NCBI RefSeq assembly: GCF_902713615.1
Contig: NC_052156.1
Location: 59,177,631 to 59,241,630 of the forward strand
Reading direction: 5' to 3'
Length of the DNA: 64,000 bases
DNA from: Scyliorhinus canicula
Lineage: Eukaryota
A model generated the notes under the pieces. That model made no database searches and was not told where the DNA came from. It saw nothing but the letters and a program-made list of their open reading frames with translations. The position numbers and the translations under genes are program-made. Of the stretch, positions 39,211 through 52,642 are shown one piece after another (the first letter of the stretch is position 1; each line of letters begins with the position of its first letter).

Positions 39211-39913
39211 GGGTCGGGGAATCGCCTGGGGCCGCCGAAAATCCTGCCCCCGCCGTGGCAGAGATTCTCCGCCACCCGGGAAGTGGCGGGGGCGGGAATC
39301 TCGCCACTCTGATCGGCGAGGCCCCTGCGGCGATTCTCCAGCCCGCGATGGGCCGAAGTCCCGCCGCTGGGAGGCCTCTCCTGCCGCCGAGGTTTGAACC
39401 ACCTCTGGTGGCGGCGGGATCGGCAGCGGGACCGGGCCCCCCGGGGTCCTGGGGGGAGGGGGGGCGCGGGGCGATCGGACCCCGAGGGGTGCCCCCACGG
39501 TGGCCAGGCCCGCATTTGGGGCCCCCCTATCAGGACCTGGGCCAGTGCCCTGGGGGCACTCTTTCTCTTCCGCCGCCGCCACGACCACCGCCATGGCGGA
39601 GGCAGAAGAGAAACCCACAGCACGCATGCGCCGGTGGTGACGTCAACGACAGCTGGCCGCTGATGTCACCGCCGGCGTATGCGCAAACTGGCAAAAGCCT
39701 TTTGGCCAGCCCCGCTGCAGGGCGGCGGGCCTGAAAGGCCGCTGGCGCCGGTTTTTGCGCCAGTCGGTGTGGTGCCAACCTCTCTGGCGCGGGCCTAGCC
39801 CCCAAAGGTGCGGAGAATTCCGCACCTTTGGGGAGGCCCGACCCAGGAGTGGTTGGCGCCATTCCCCTACGCCGGGACCCCCCGTCCCGCTGGGTAGGGG
39901 AGAATCCCGCCCC
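39211..39913. mobile_element. GC-rich MITE (GGGCGGGATTCTCC TIR family, probably PIF/Harbinger)
   Basis: Ends GGAGAATCCCGCCC; inverted relative of 44593-45313. Confidence 0.8.
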
Positions 39914-41944
39914 AGATCTCCGACTATCTACTTCACTTAAACCTTAGGTTTCATTGAACTCTCTGGAGGGAAAAACAAATCATTCTCCAGTAAGAGAGTT
40001 TCCGTAGCAGCTATGTCCCTTAAATTAGTTATGGGTTTTTCTACCTCAGTTAAGGAAAATGGGGTAACATTCCACTTGGATTCATGATACCTGGTCCGAC
40101 AGCAGTGTCTACCTAGGGGCTCCTCAGTCCAGTTAAAGCTACAGTCTGCCTTGTAGTATTCTCCACTTTTGTTTCCTTTTGAGAATCCTCTTTATGAACT
40201 CCAAAGAGTTCCATGGGCTTTCCTTGCAACTACCAACATGCTGAACAAACGTGCCCCACCTTATTACAATGGTAACACCTAGGCTTTCAAGCCTTGCTCT
40301 GCACCCTCAGTACCTTCCTTCCTGATATGAGAAGGAGGTCTCAGCTATCCAATCCTTACCGTGGCTACCTGCCTTCCTTTCACCCTCCTACTTCCTATCC
40401 TTTTTAAAAATTGTGAGGTTGATGGAACAAGGGTTTTAAATTTATGGACCAGCTCATAATCATCAGTTATTAATGCTGTTTGTCTGGTAGTCATCACCAT
40501 TTGGTCTTCAACATGGGTTCTTATCACAGAAGTTACGGAATTCTTAAATTCTTCTAAGAGTACGACCTCTCACAGAGCCTCATAGGTAATTGCAACTCCC
40601 AATGCTCATACCCATGTATCAAAACTGTTCTGCTTAATCCTTTCAAATTCGGCATCTGTCTGTCCTGGCTGAAACTTTTGCCTCTATGCTTTGGGAAACA
40701 ATTCATATGCACCCAGAATAGTCTTTTTTACCTCCTCCTAATTATTAGACACTCGCTCTGACAGGGAAGCATACATTTCCTGTGACTACCCTGTCAATTT
40801 CCTTTGCATGGGTAATGTCAACATTTCTTTTGGCCATTCCAATTGGGTTGCTATTTTTTTAAATGCCCGAAAGAAGATTCCTACCTCCTTCTCTTCAAAT
40901 TTTGGGAGGGCCTTTAAACGCATCGTCACTGGGTTCCGTTTTAGAATTATGCTCCCCTCTAATTCCTGTGCCTTAAACAGAAACTCTTTCTCTTTTGCTA
41001 TTTCCTTTTTCTCGAATACTTTTTCCTCTCTCTCTCTTTTACTTTTTCCTCTCTCTCTAATTCCAACCTCCTCACTTCAATTTCCATTTCAAAAATATTT
41101 TTTCTTTTTGCTGCATTTCCATTTATTTTTCCTACATCTCTAGTTGTTTCATTTGTTACTGGATTTAGCTAATTCTACTGATGGTTCCATGATCCAGGCT
41201 GTGCTTTTGGTGTTTCTTTTAACTTTAAATGCTGAGCAATTGCTTCAGTTATCTCTACCTTCCGAGCTTTATCAGATACCTCTATTTTTAATTCACCTGC
41301 TAATTTGATTAGCTTGTCTTTTCGAAACCTTTGAAATAAAGCAAAGACAAGTCATCCACCTGAAGAAAAATCTTAGCAACTTCCAGAGCCATCCTTGTAT
41401 ATTTCTACAAACTTGGTGTCTCTTTTTAATTTATACTGTACCCAAACATCACCATTTACTATTCCAAAAATCCTGGACCCGAGTCCCCAAATAATGTTAT
41501 AGCACCCGGGCTAGTCCGCAGTCAATCGCAGCCCCACTTGACCTGGAGTCACAACACAATTGAATTAACCAATAATTCTTAGAAAAATACCCAAAGGTTT
41601 TGGCCTTTGGCTTCCCGATAATTACAGTTACCAGTTGGTAAATTTCAACACAATTACTTTTTATTTAGAACAGGAATTATAGTGCAATATGCAGCAAATA
41701 CAACTGGTTAAGTATTTAATTCCTAACCCTCTCACTTTAACTTGCTCCCACCCTCTATATACACACACATACACACATGATAAACAAACACAGAGGGGAA
41801 GAGAGGTGTGAAAATAATAAATAAAAGGATAGAATATTTGCTCCAGATGGTTGTCTTTCAGAACAATGTCCTTCAAGGCTTTCAGTTTTCTGTTTCCAGC
41901 CTGTAATGGTTTTCACTGTAAATTGATTCATTCAGGTTCTTTTC

Positions 41945-42142
41945 TTAAAAGTTTCCAATTAAGGGGCAATTTTAGCTTGACCAACCACCTACTTTGCACA
42001 TCTTTGGGTTGTGAGAGTGAGACCCATGCAGACACAGGGAGAATGTGAAAACTCCACATTGACAGTGACCCGGGACTGAGATCGAACCCATGTCCTCGAA
42101 GCCATGAGGCAGCAGTGCTAATCACTGCGCCGCCATGCCGCC
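41945..42142 (-). mobile_element. Short SINE inside the LTR
   Basis: SINE core and head. Confidence 0.8.
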
Positions 42143-43676
42143 ATTCATTCAGCTTCTCTGTAGGTTCAGAAATATTGCAGCGCACAGCATTTCTGGAGAG
42201 GGAGAGGAGAGAAAGAACAGGTCCTCGTCTCTCAGCATCCAGATCTCCAACTTTGCTTCCTTTGAGTCTCTGGAAATCATCCCACTCAGATAGGATTTGA
42301 TCACCAGCTGTTACCAGGCAGAATATGGCCTTTTGACCAATTTATGGACCACCAGCCAACCTATCAAGCCGAGTCCCAACCCATCTCTCGGGCGCCACAA
42401 AGTCTGAGTTCTGTTGCTCGAAAACTAGCACCATATACTATGTTGCAACTTTCTGAATTCCTCATTCTCTCTGCTGCTTGACTTAAAGACACATGCCCAT
42501 TAAGCATCCATGGATTAAAATGATAACGGCAAAAAAGGATAAAGAAAGGGGAAATAAAGGGAATCATCAGGAAGGGCCCTTACAATATATTCTATAAGTA
42601 TAGTCAAACATCAAGCTAAATTTCAAGTGGCTTTGCAACATAAAGTAATACATCCACCACGTGGTTACTTGTGTGTCCAATGTTGTACTTTCGAAACAAC
42701 AGTACTTATATAACTGGGCTACTCCAAGTCAAAAACACACAGCACTGTCAATCAACAGCAATCTACATCAGTATCCCTGATGATAGACTCTTTAAGACAA
42801 CTAGCTCAAACTGAATAAAAAGAATGTTTGATAAAATGATGCTGCCAATTACAATATCAAATATGCACAATGATTTTGTGTAATGTATATCAGCAGCATA
42901 AAGAAGGTAGATTTGTTGAATGCACCCTTTGTTGAATTGATTAAGGCACATTTAATATACTATAAACAGTGTTTAGTGAAATGTATGTTCAAATAAAGAC
43001 TGAAGATTGAATTTCATAATCTTTGATAGAACGGGGAAGTCGGGGAAAACATTCTTTGCTTGGCTCCATCATCACTGTTGTCGAATGAATCAACACTGAA
43101 AAGTGATCTGCAAAACATGATTGTTTTTTACAGATTTAAAATGAAAACACGTGGACTAATATTCAATAACATTCTATTACACTTACACATTATGGATACC
43201 TCATCATTGTCTTTGTTTTTTTTTTACATAAAACACTGTGTATGATGTTATCCAACTTCTCCCCAACCTCTTCAAATTAACTTGACATCAGACTAGACCT
43301 TCCTAGTGTTGCTGAATATTCCTAATTGTTTTCTGATGTGCAACAAGTCAGCTTGGATTTACACTGACAGCTCTTAGCTGATGCTGTACTGCATTCCATG
43401 GTTCAGGACAGGAATGACATCACTGGTATACTTTGTCTGGTTTTATCACAATGTAATACAACTCACTGAAGCATTTCTGAAGAAGTGAAATTTACTGCCC
43501 TCTTGTCTGAGATGAAATCAGAACTTCAAATTTAAGGCCTAAGGCCTTCTTTTTTCTTTGCTTAACCTTTTCGCATCACTTTCAAAGAAATAGAAAGTTC
43601 CATTTCAGAAGCAACTCCAAATAATACAGGATTATGTACTTTTCTCACAAGGTCTCAACTATTTTAGGGATTGCAA

Positions 43677-44013
43677 TCATAGAATCATAGACTTTACAGT
43701 GCAGAAGGAGGCCATTCGGCCCATCGAGTCAGCAACAGCCCTTGGAAAGAGCAGCCTACCCAAGCCCACACCTGTACCCTATCCCCGTAACCCCACCTGA
43801 CCTTCTTGGACACTAAGGGCAATTGAGCATGGCCAATCCACCGAACCTGCACATCTTTGGAAGGTGGGAGGAAACCGGAGCACCCGGAGGAAACCCATGC
43901 AGACACGGGGAGAATGTGCAGACTCCGCACAGACAGTGACCCAAGCCGGGAATCGAACCTGGACTCTGGCACTGTGAAGCAACAGTGCTAACCACTGTGC
44001 TACCGTGCCGTCC
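43677..44013 (-). mobile_element. tRNA-derived SINE
   Basis: Full head, core and tail. Confidence 0.9.
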
Positions 44014-44592
44014 TAATCAAAGAACTAAGCTGGAAGCACCAGTCAAACTATTATTCCCTGATCTATAAAATCTGTAACCAGAAGATGCATTTTTTAAAAA
44101 TGCTAACGATGCACTTGGAATATTTAAAGCATTAATTCTATTTTCACCCCCAAATGTTGTGCTCATCAACCAAAGGATGTTAGTGCAGGCAATGGAACTC
44201 CTTTTTTAATTTAGGAGCCCAACATTAGCATTAAGTAGTTCCAGCCCAGGTGTAACCATTACATGCACGTTGAAGCTTCCTCAAATCTGTTCCAACAATT
44301 TGACTCAGTCCCAGCCGCAGAAGAGCTGCCCGGGGGTCCCAACAGCTGTCTCCAGCTTGCTGTTCTGATGTTAGTTAGGCCTAAGGCCTAGTAATGGGTG
44401 TGCCTGGGGCCTACATGTTCCAGCACAGAGTCCATGGTGGAATATTTCTAGACCGCCAAATTTTGTTTGACATTCTCAGGTTTCTTTTTTGACAATAGAA
44501 TTCCGCCCGTGTATAAGATGTAGGACAGTACTCAGATACGTTAAACAAAGATATTTTACTGAGAAAGAAATCACTGAACAACCAAAGATATA

Positions 44593-45313
44593 GGGCGGAA
44601 TTCTCCCCTACCCAGCGGAGCGGGGCGTCCCAGCAGGACGGAGTTGCGTGAACCACTCCGGCGCCGGGCCGCCCCAAAGGTGCGGAATCCTCCGCACCTT
44701 CAGGGGCTAGACCCCCCCCGGAGTGGTTGGCACCCTGCCGGCTGGCGGGAAAGGGGCTTGACGCCGCGCCAACCAGCACCGAATGGCCTCTGCCGGCCAG
44801 CGCAAGTCAGCGCATGCACGGGAGCGCCAGCGCGCACTGGCGTCACCCCTGCACATGCACAGGGGGATTCGCTTCCACACCATGGAGGACCATGCACCAT
44901 TCTGGTGCAGAATAATAGAGTGCCCCCACAGCACAGGCCGCCTGCAGATCGGTGGGCCCCGACCATGGGCCAGGCCACCGTGGGGGAACCTACTAGGGCC
45001 AGATCCCTCATGACCCCCCCCCCCCAGGAACCCCAGAGCCCTGCCCCGCCGCCAGGTTCTCCGGTAAGGGACCTACTCTAATTTACACCGGCGGGACTGG
45101 CAAAGAACGGGCGGGACTTTGGCCCATCGCGGGCCGGAGAATTCGGTCAGCCCCGGGGCTCATTGAGTCACGCCGGACCCCGCCATTCTCCAAGGCGGGT
45201 GCCGCGACTCACGCCGGGGCAATTTTTGGGCGGCAGGAGAATTAGGAGGACGGTGGGGACGTGATTCACGCTAACCCCCGGCGATTCTCCAACCCGACGA
45301 TTCTCTCCCGCCC
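44593..45313. mobile_element. GC-rich MITE (same family as 39211 and 52643)
   Basis: GGGCGGAATTCTCC...CCCGCCC ends; shared internal motifs. Confidence 0.8.
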
Positions 45314-46423
45314 AAAAAGCCTATATGTTTGAGGGCGAACAGGCAATGTAATTCCACCTCACAGTTTATTTTGAAAGAGTTCTTATCACCAGAATGTTAC
45401 GCAGCCCACTCCGCAACCCCGCCCCTCACCCTCCTCACAGCTATGTTTTGAGGCGAGGGTTGAGTGTAAGATTTCATGGATGGAACTCGCCCAGGTCATG
45501 ATTTTATGCTGGGGTGGGCAGGAAATAGGTCGATAAGCCCGCCTTGCCCCAATTAAGGCCAAGCCTCAATCTTTAGGCTCGCAGGTGGATGATAAATCCG
45601 GAGTGGGAATGAACTGAAATTGAACAAAAGCTCAGTCTAAGATGGGAGGAGAGGGGAGATGTGCTTCCATCAGAAGCCTCCTTCTGACTAAGGGCACCCT
45701 CCCCTCAGGACCTGGTGACCTAGGACCTCCCTTCCCAGGTCCCGAGGTCTGGAATTCCACCTTCCCAATCCCCAGACCTTCCCTACCTTCTGCTCTCCTC
45801 CCCCCGCCCCTGCCCCAGTCGATCCTTGCCATTTACATTTCCTCTGGTTCCCGGCACTTAGTTCCAGACAGCTAGCTGCAGTGGCTCTTCTGGCCACTGC
45901 AGCACTGTTCCTGGCATAGCTTGGAGAACTGTTGGTCAATCGGATTGGCCAGCAGCTGTCCAAAGCAGGACTTCCTCCCAGGTGGGACTTCCTCCCAATG
46001 GTGGACAGAGGTCAAACAATACTCATTCGAGGCTTCTGGCCTCCTGGAGGTGGCAAAGATGTGTACCCCGCCGACATTATCGATGAAAATTCTGGTTTAT
46101 ATCTTTTTTGACGACGTGCCCATGATTCAATTCTCATTCACATTTTGCACCTGCATAGCAGTGAAGAAAGAATCAACCTGCATGTTCCCACATTCCTCTC
46201 AGCAGCCTGTTGTACAGCATCATTTCCAGAGTTCTAGAAATTATTGACTTGACAGTTGAGTTACCCATGGAATGTGCATGCTGAGGAAATGAGTCTACGA
46301 AAGCAAAAAAAAAAGTTCAAAATGGGTATATATACATATACACAAACAGAAATATTTGCTGCCACAAGTCCCAAAGGACGTGCTGTTCGGTGAACTGGCC
46401 ATTCTGAAATCTCCCAAGGTGTA

Positions 46424-46727
46424 TAATAATAATAATAATCTTTAGTGTCACAAGTAGGCTTATCGTAACACTGCAATGAAGTGAAAATCCCCGAGTCGCC
46501 ACATTCCGGCGCCTGTTCGGGTACACTAAGGGAGAATTCAGAATGTCCAATTCACCTAACAGCACGTCTTTTGGGACTTGTGGGAGGAAACTAGAGCACC
46601 CGGAGGAAACCCACGTAGACACGGAGGGAACGTGCAGACTCCACACAGACAGTGACCCAAGCTGGAAATTGAATCTGGGACCCTGGTGCTATGAAGCAAC
46701 TGTGCTAACCACTGTGCTACCGTGCTG
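46424..46727 (-). mobile_element. SINE inserted into an oppositely oriented copy of the same family (46360-47203)
   Basis: Host SINE sequence resumes after 46727. Confidence 0.8.
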
Positions 46728-46756
46728 TACTCAAACAGGTGCCGGAGTGTGGCGAC

Positions 46757-47120
46757 CAGCGCCGGCCCTAGGGTTGCTGGCGCCCCGGGCAAGCTGATCT
46801 TCGGCGCCCTTCGGGGGGGGGGGGGGGGGCAGGGGGATGGAGGTGGGTGGGGGCCGGAGGGGGATGGGGGCCGGAGGGGGGGGGGGCCGGAGGGGGGCGG
46901 GAGGGGGCCCGAGGGGGGGGTGGGCGGAGTGACCACCGGCAAGCCTGGATCCATCCGCCATGTTTGTGCGGGGCGGCCTGAGGGAGGGCGGCCACCGCGC
47001 ATGCGCTGGTTGGCACCGGCCCAACTGCGCATGCGCAGTACCCGAGTCTTTTACGCGGCGCCCCTAGCACATGGCGCCCCGGGCGACTGCCCGAGTTGCC
47101 GGTACCTTGAGCCGGCCCTG
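46757..47120. mobile_element. hAT-type MITE
   Basis: TIR CAGCGCCGGC / GCCGGCCCTG; perfect 8-bp TSD GTGGCGAC. Confidence 0.9.
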
Positions 47121-47249
47121 GTGGCGACTGAGGGATTTTCACAGGAACTTCATTGCAGTGTTAATGTAAGCCTACTTGTGACACTAATAAAGATTATTAT
47201 TACTAAATATTTTCTTTGTAGGGCAATGGAAAGGAACCTGACCTTCAAG

Positions 47250-47480
47250 GACACAGGTGATTCTACAGTACATCTCCAGTGCCCAAACCCATATGAATGG
47301 AAAAACCAAAGCTTTGGTCACCAAGGGAGGCCACTGACAATTGTGTGCCCAACTACTCCATTAGGAAGGAGGTCTTGTTCCAGGAGTCTGCAGGTGTCAT
47401 CAATGACCTGTTGTGAGAGTCAGGATCTCCTGAGGTACTGGTGTTCAGGCTTGCCTAGGAGCCCACAGATACTGTGATGG
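47250..47480 (-). pseudogene. Harbinger transposase N-terminal remnant
   Basis: EHQYLRR..LSQQVIDDTCRLLEQDLLP..GH. Confidence 0.6.
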
Positions 47481-49264
47481 ATCTTCTTCCAGCTGAATTT
47501 CACTGTCGTGTGGAGTGGTATACAACTGAGGTGAAGGAGGCTGCTGCTGCTGCTCTAGCTTTTGCCCCTTTTCAGTGGTGGAAAGGGGAGCTGTGTGAGC
47601 TGCTTCTCTGCTGTGCAGGCTGACAGCAAGGACGCCAGCTGAAGGTGAGTGAAGTGCCTACCAAGCAGTTGGTAATTGCCTGTCAGTCAGTGAAAACACA
47701 CTGAGAGAGAAGATGCTTCCAACAGCAGCCTTTCAATGGCCACAGTTGGGGCACTTCAGTGTGACCCATCAAAGGCTTCACACCTTGTCAGTTTCACTGG
47801 TGACGCTCTTCCCACTGTGCGTGTGCCTCCACAGGACTGCCATTTTGGAAGCATAGTGCGGGACATCTGCGCCATTGGAAAAGAGGGTCTCCTCAAGAAA
47901 ATTCTCCCCTAAGTACTTTTGTAAGTATTTCAAATGGCTTAGGGATATCCTGCAGCATCCCAACCTACCTGCGGGAAAGCCAGAATGGGATGCAATTACT
48001 TTGGGGAGGTGGTTGCACAGTGGTAAGGTCACTTGCCGAGGAAGCCAAAGGCCTGAGCTGGTGCCCTCAAAACATTTTCTTCTATTTTCCCTCCATCACA
48101 ACCCCACAACCAACCTGGGGAAATTCCGACCTCCGTCCCTGACTGTGCTCCCTGATGATGTTTGTGTGGCTTGTTGTTCCACCTCCCGCAAGACAAGTTA
48201 GATACTTCTGTAATCTGTGGAGACCCAGAACATTCCGGACTTCACTCTTTTCTGAGGGATTCTATCAGTTTCCCCTCAATATGAATGAGAAAGCAGCAGG
48301 ACTTCGATGGAATTTATACCCCTACCAAGAGTGAACTTACAGCACCTGTCTTACAGATGCCCATAGAACTAAATTATTATGGTATGATTTCTAATAACAA
48401 CAATATAATAATACACTGTACCTGTAAAGGAATAGAAGTTAGAGGAACACCTTGCCTTTGGCTCTTACCTCGACCTCTCCATCTGAATTGAATTGCACTG
48501 ACCCAGTTATAACCAGTTGATGTCAGTACCAGTCAGGGAATCAGTGAATCAGCATTTACTGTAATATTAGGTGTAGAGTACTATTCCTCATAACTATATA
48601 AAGGATGCTGCAACTTAATCCTCTCCTATATGTTGTATATCAATGCACATCTACTCAATAAATGTAATTATTTTTATTTACAGTGTACGGTAAAAGCATT
48701 GAATGCCAACATTGTCACCATCCAAGGAAATCTTTATAAAGTCTTGAGAGTTTTTAAGTCAAACCATTTCAGTACAGAGTAAAATGCCTGCAGAGCAATG
48801 TCAGGTTATCACACTGCTGTTTTGTGTTGTCTGGGGACATATCAAAGGCTGGCTCAAATGTCACACCATTTAGATTGTGCTTTTACTAGAATTACCGTAA
48901 TATAAACTGTGCACTCAGGGTGAACATTTGCAGATGTACAACACCAGTACGAATGGTTTCTATTACAAGGACTTGATGTACAGAGGATTCCTTAATATAG
49001 GTTCACTGTGCCCTAAACTTTCGTGTGAATTTACATGTTTAATCACTGGGTGTACACGGACCCCATTGATAATGCCGGCAATCGTTAGCATGCTAGATTT
49101 GAAAAATAGTGTGGGTGTTCCACTGACAGATTGTGAACTTTTGTTCATGTTGCCATTGGTGACTTCATGCTTCGATTAGCTGCAGTTTATTTTGATATTC
49201 TTTGACTTATTGTGGCTTCCATCACTAATTTGATCAGTGAACATTCATTCTGTATTATGTCTGT

Positions 49265-49266
<2 letters not shown>

Positions 49267-49296
<30 letters not shown>
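49267..49296. repeat. Poly(C) tract, about 30 nt
   Basis: Homopolymer run. Confidence 0.9.
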
Positions 49297-49297
<1 letters not shown>

Positions 49298-50647
49298 TTT
49301 TAAGAGCTGGCCAAGAATGTGATTTTTCTCTCTTATTTTTCTGGTAGCCTTGTTTTGATAGCTGCCCTCAGTATTTACTGTGGGTTTTTATTTCTTCATT
49401 ATGTTTATGTCTCCTGATACAAAATGGCTACATCCAAAGCCTAACACATCCATAAAAGGAGAGATTAAGGAGGATGTGTGATACTTTTTCATTGGATCAA
49501 TACAGGATATTTTCCTGGACCAATATGGCTGTACTAAATCTTTTCACCCCTATAAAATCAGAACCTTGACTATGGAGTGACATTGATTTCCTGTTGCTTT
49601 GTAAGTACCCATTTGTGCTACTTCAAATTGATTAAAGTTATGAGCTATGAGAGATATGGAATTTATGATCAGCAATAACTTTCCTCAAACACACACTGGG
49701 GGAGAAGTTCAACTCACAGCCATCCAGTTTGTGCCTGGCAAATGGGTAGCCAGCAGTTGAAAATCGGAATTGACATTTTGGCTGCCCCTTTGATGCCTCA
49801 TCGGTACACGAGGTGCGCAAGGCCTCTAAATGGCTAAGCAGCCTGCTTGCCTCACACAAACACAAGGTTGCTTCAAGTAGAAAATCATGTCCCTACACTG
49901 GTTGTATAAGGTCCTGATGAAAAATTCATGTGTGAAAGGAGGGAGAGACACCGAGCTATAATGGGTGTTGACCAGTCAGTCTAACCAGATGTCCTTAAGG
50001 AAATGCTTGTTGCTGCTCAAATAATAATCCAGGAAATTTGTTTATGGGATGTGTGCTTTGCTGGCAAAGCCAGCATTTATTGCCCTTGAGAAAAGTGATG
50101 AGCTGTCTATATGAACCGCTTGGAATTACAGGGAGGTAATTGCTGTTTGCATTCGCAAGATACGTGGTCATTATAACATGGGTGCAACAGGAGTTTGGTT
50201 AGCTTTACGAAGGAAGTATTTATTTCAACCAGAGATCAGTCTAGTCTTCTCTTGAAGCATCAACATTGTAATTGTCTCTTACTATTTGTGGTCATGTGAC
50301 AAATTGGATACCTGAGTAACAAGCACGATTGTAAAGTGCATAAACATAGGCAGCAAACTTCATTTGTCAAATAGTCTCTCTTGCGCAGTATCCCTGTAAG
50401 CATACTGGCAGAAAAAAGTCTTTGGGCACAATTTTCCGTGCCTCCTGCGGAATGGTTCACAGTGGCCGAGGTGGCCTGCTATTTATCGACAGCAGGATCT
50501 CCTGATTCCACCACTGTCGATGGGGTTTCCTGTTCTATGTACCCATAATGCCGGGAAATGCACAGCAGGATTCACTGTTTGCCTGACCGGAAGATCCCGC
50601 TGCCAAGAATGGTCGGAAAATTCATTCCTTTGTCATGTTTGGACTTT

Positions 50648-50775
50648 TAAAAAATAAATTTAGAGTAGGCAATTATTTTTTTCCAATTGTGGGGCAATTT
50701 AGCGTGGCCAATCCACCTAATCTGCACATCTTTGGGTTATGGGGGTGAAACCCACACAGACACGGAGTGAATGTG
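50648..50775 (-). mobile_element. Partial SINE
   Basis: SINE core fragment. Confidence 0.75.
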
Positions 50776-51442
50776 CGTTTGGACTTTTAACATCCCAGTG
50801 TCGAGTGTTGCCTGTTTCGTACCAACATATACTGAAGCAAAATACAAGGCTGTTATTTCACAGCTACATGTAGGGGGGATTGGACATAGGTTGTTTCAGG
50901 AGTCTAACGGTGTGAAGTCTGCAATGTTGTCAGGCACACGGTGGGGAGCCATGATGGGATGGTTCCCCATACATCCTCACTGCCAGGGAACTTTCCCAGG
51001 GCTGGACGAGGAAGCTAATCGACTGCTTGCACATGGAGGTGGTCAGCTGATTAACATTATTGAGGCTTCAATTTTGAATTCACCGTGTGCCTATAAGCTG
51101 ACAATTCAGTGGAGTCAGCCTCCCTGAGGTCTACCAGTGCTTAAAACCCGATGCCACAGGAGGGGCTGCATTCATAAAAAGCCATAATTGCTGCTGACAG
51201 TGACACACTATAGGGGTTTCTGCCCTTTCACCCTAAATCAGTGACTGGTCTAGATCAGTCATTTGCAAACTCAGGGTGGCGACATGCAGGTGGATCGCAG
51301 GTCGCGAGGATCACGGAGCGGTTGGTGTCCCCCATCATGGGAAGCATTGCCCAATTGCCACGACCAGCTTTATGCCGGCCGCAATCAGCTTTCAAGAATG
51401 CCAGCTGACCCGTGCATGCGTGCACTCTCAGACAGATATAAC

Positions 51443-51760
51443 TGGGGCTGGTTTAGCTCACTGGGCTAAATCGCTGGCTTTTAAAGCAGGCAAAGGCAGG
51501 CCAGCAGCACGGTTCGATTCCCGTACCAGCCTCCCCGGACAGGCGCCGGAATGTGGCGACTAGGGGCTTTTCACAGTAACTTCATTGAAGCCTACTCGTG
51601 ACAATAAGCGATTTTCATTTTCATTTCATTCATTGTAAGGTGAATTCTCCCTCAGAGTGCCCGAACATGTGCCGACTAGGGAATTTTCACAGTAACCTAA
51701 TTGCAGTGTTATTTCATTGGTACTTGTGACACTAATAAATATTATTATTATTATTATTAA
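51443..51760 (+). mobile_element. SINE with (TTTCA)n tail followed by the 3' part of another SINE
   Basis: GGGCTGGTTTAGC...GGTTCGATTCCC; same family as 63428. Confidence 0.85.
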
Positions 51761-52642
51761 CAGCCAGCTCCTGGAGCCCATGGGAAAATTCAGCCCAGTG
51801 TGTCTGCCACTTCTGCAACTCGATTATTGCTTTCCTTTTTTTAAACTTTGTGTCGCTTGTAAGAGAGGATAAGGGTTGAATCAGCCAAGGAGTGACAATC
51901 ACCAATGGATTGCCACTTCACTCCTGCTTTTTTTAATACAGCACCAGAGCTCTGCATTTCTCACCCAGACTTCCAAACCAGGCCTCTCCCCAAATGCAGA
52001 GCTACTTATATTGCGAGTCCTTCCTCATAGTGCAGGATTGTCAGGGATGCCAACCACATTTCCTTTTTTTACGGCATTAGCTGCTTTTGGTAGCTCTTCA
52101 ATCTCAAACACACGGAAAAGTTCTGGGACATTTAAATAGTTTTTCAATGTGTCAGTGAATGAGTGTGAGTAAGGCGGTATGGTTGTAGGTGGCAGGGTGG
52201 GTCGGCTGCCAAACAACTGGGGTGAAAGGGTGGTTAGGTCAAACTGAGATGGGTGGGAGGGGGTGCATAGTTACATAGTAATTAAATACGTTTTGTATCC
52301 TGTAAAACATTTTGTCGATCGCTGTTCTGACAAATGAGTCAAAACCTGTTGCATATTCATGTGTCTTCCTAGTTGAAACAAGATCACATTAAGAGTCCGA
52401 TCATATGGTGCATTGATTATGTCATTGGCCTTTTTCATGGGCAAATGGGCAGTCTACCCTAATACCCTGAAGAGTAAATCCGTTTCCAATAAAGCTTTTG
52501 TTTGTTTGCACCTTCATGGTCTGCAGCCTATCCTTTAAAAATACCACAAAGTAAACTGGCGATGAGGAGGTTGGAAACACCCTTGCAGACTCCTGGAGAA
52601 GTAAAAAAAGAAAGAAAAATCATTGATCCATGCTCAGATATC

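Larger units (their letters stand above)
38960..42584 (-). mobile_element. Degenerate Gypsy (Gmr1-like, SCAN-type gag) with about 1.1-kb LTR and tRNA-Pro-like PBS; 3' part missing
   Basis: LTR 41495-42584; TGGGGACTCGGGTCC PBS at about 41489-41475; LPKFEEKEV..F...EWP...KLTG...YE gag; VDLILENVLAG protease end. Confidence 0.75.

Noticed and set aside
39102-39940. Long overlapping Pro/Gly/Arg-rich ORFs (also 44644-45081, 46556-47477, 52792-53650)
   Set aside because: They arise from GC-rich MITEs with few stop codons; no domain motifs
48928-49179. Short ORFs on both strands in a unique region
   Set aside because: No consistent splice signals or recognisable motifs
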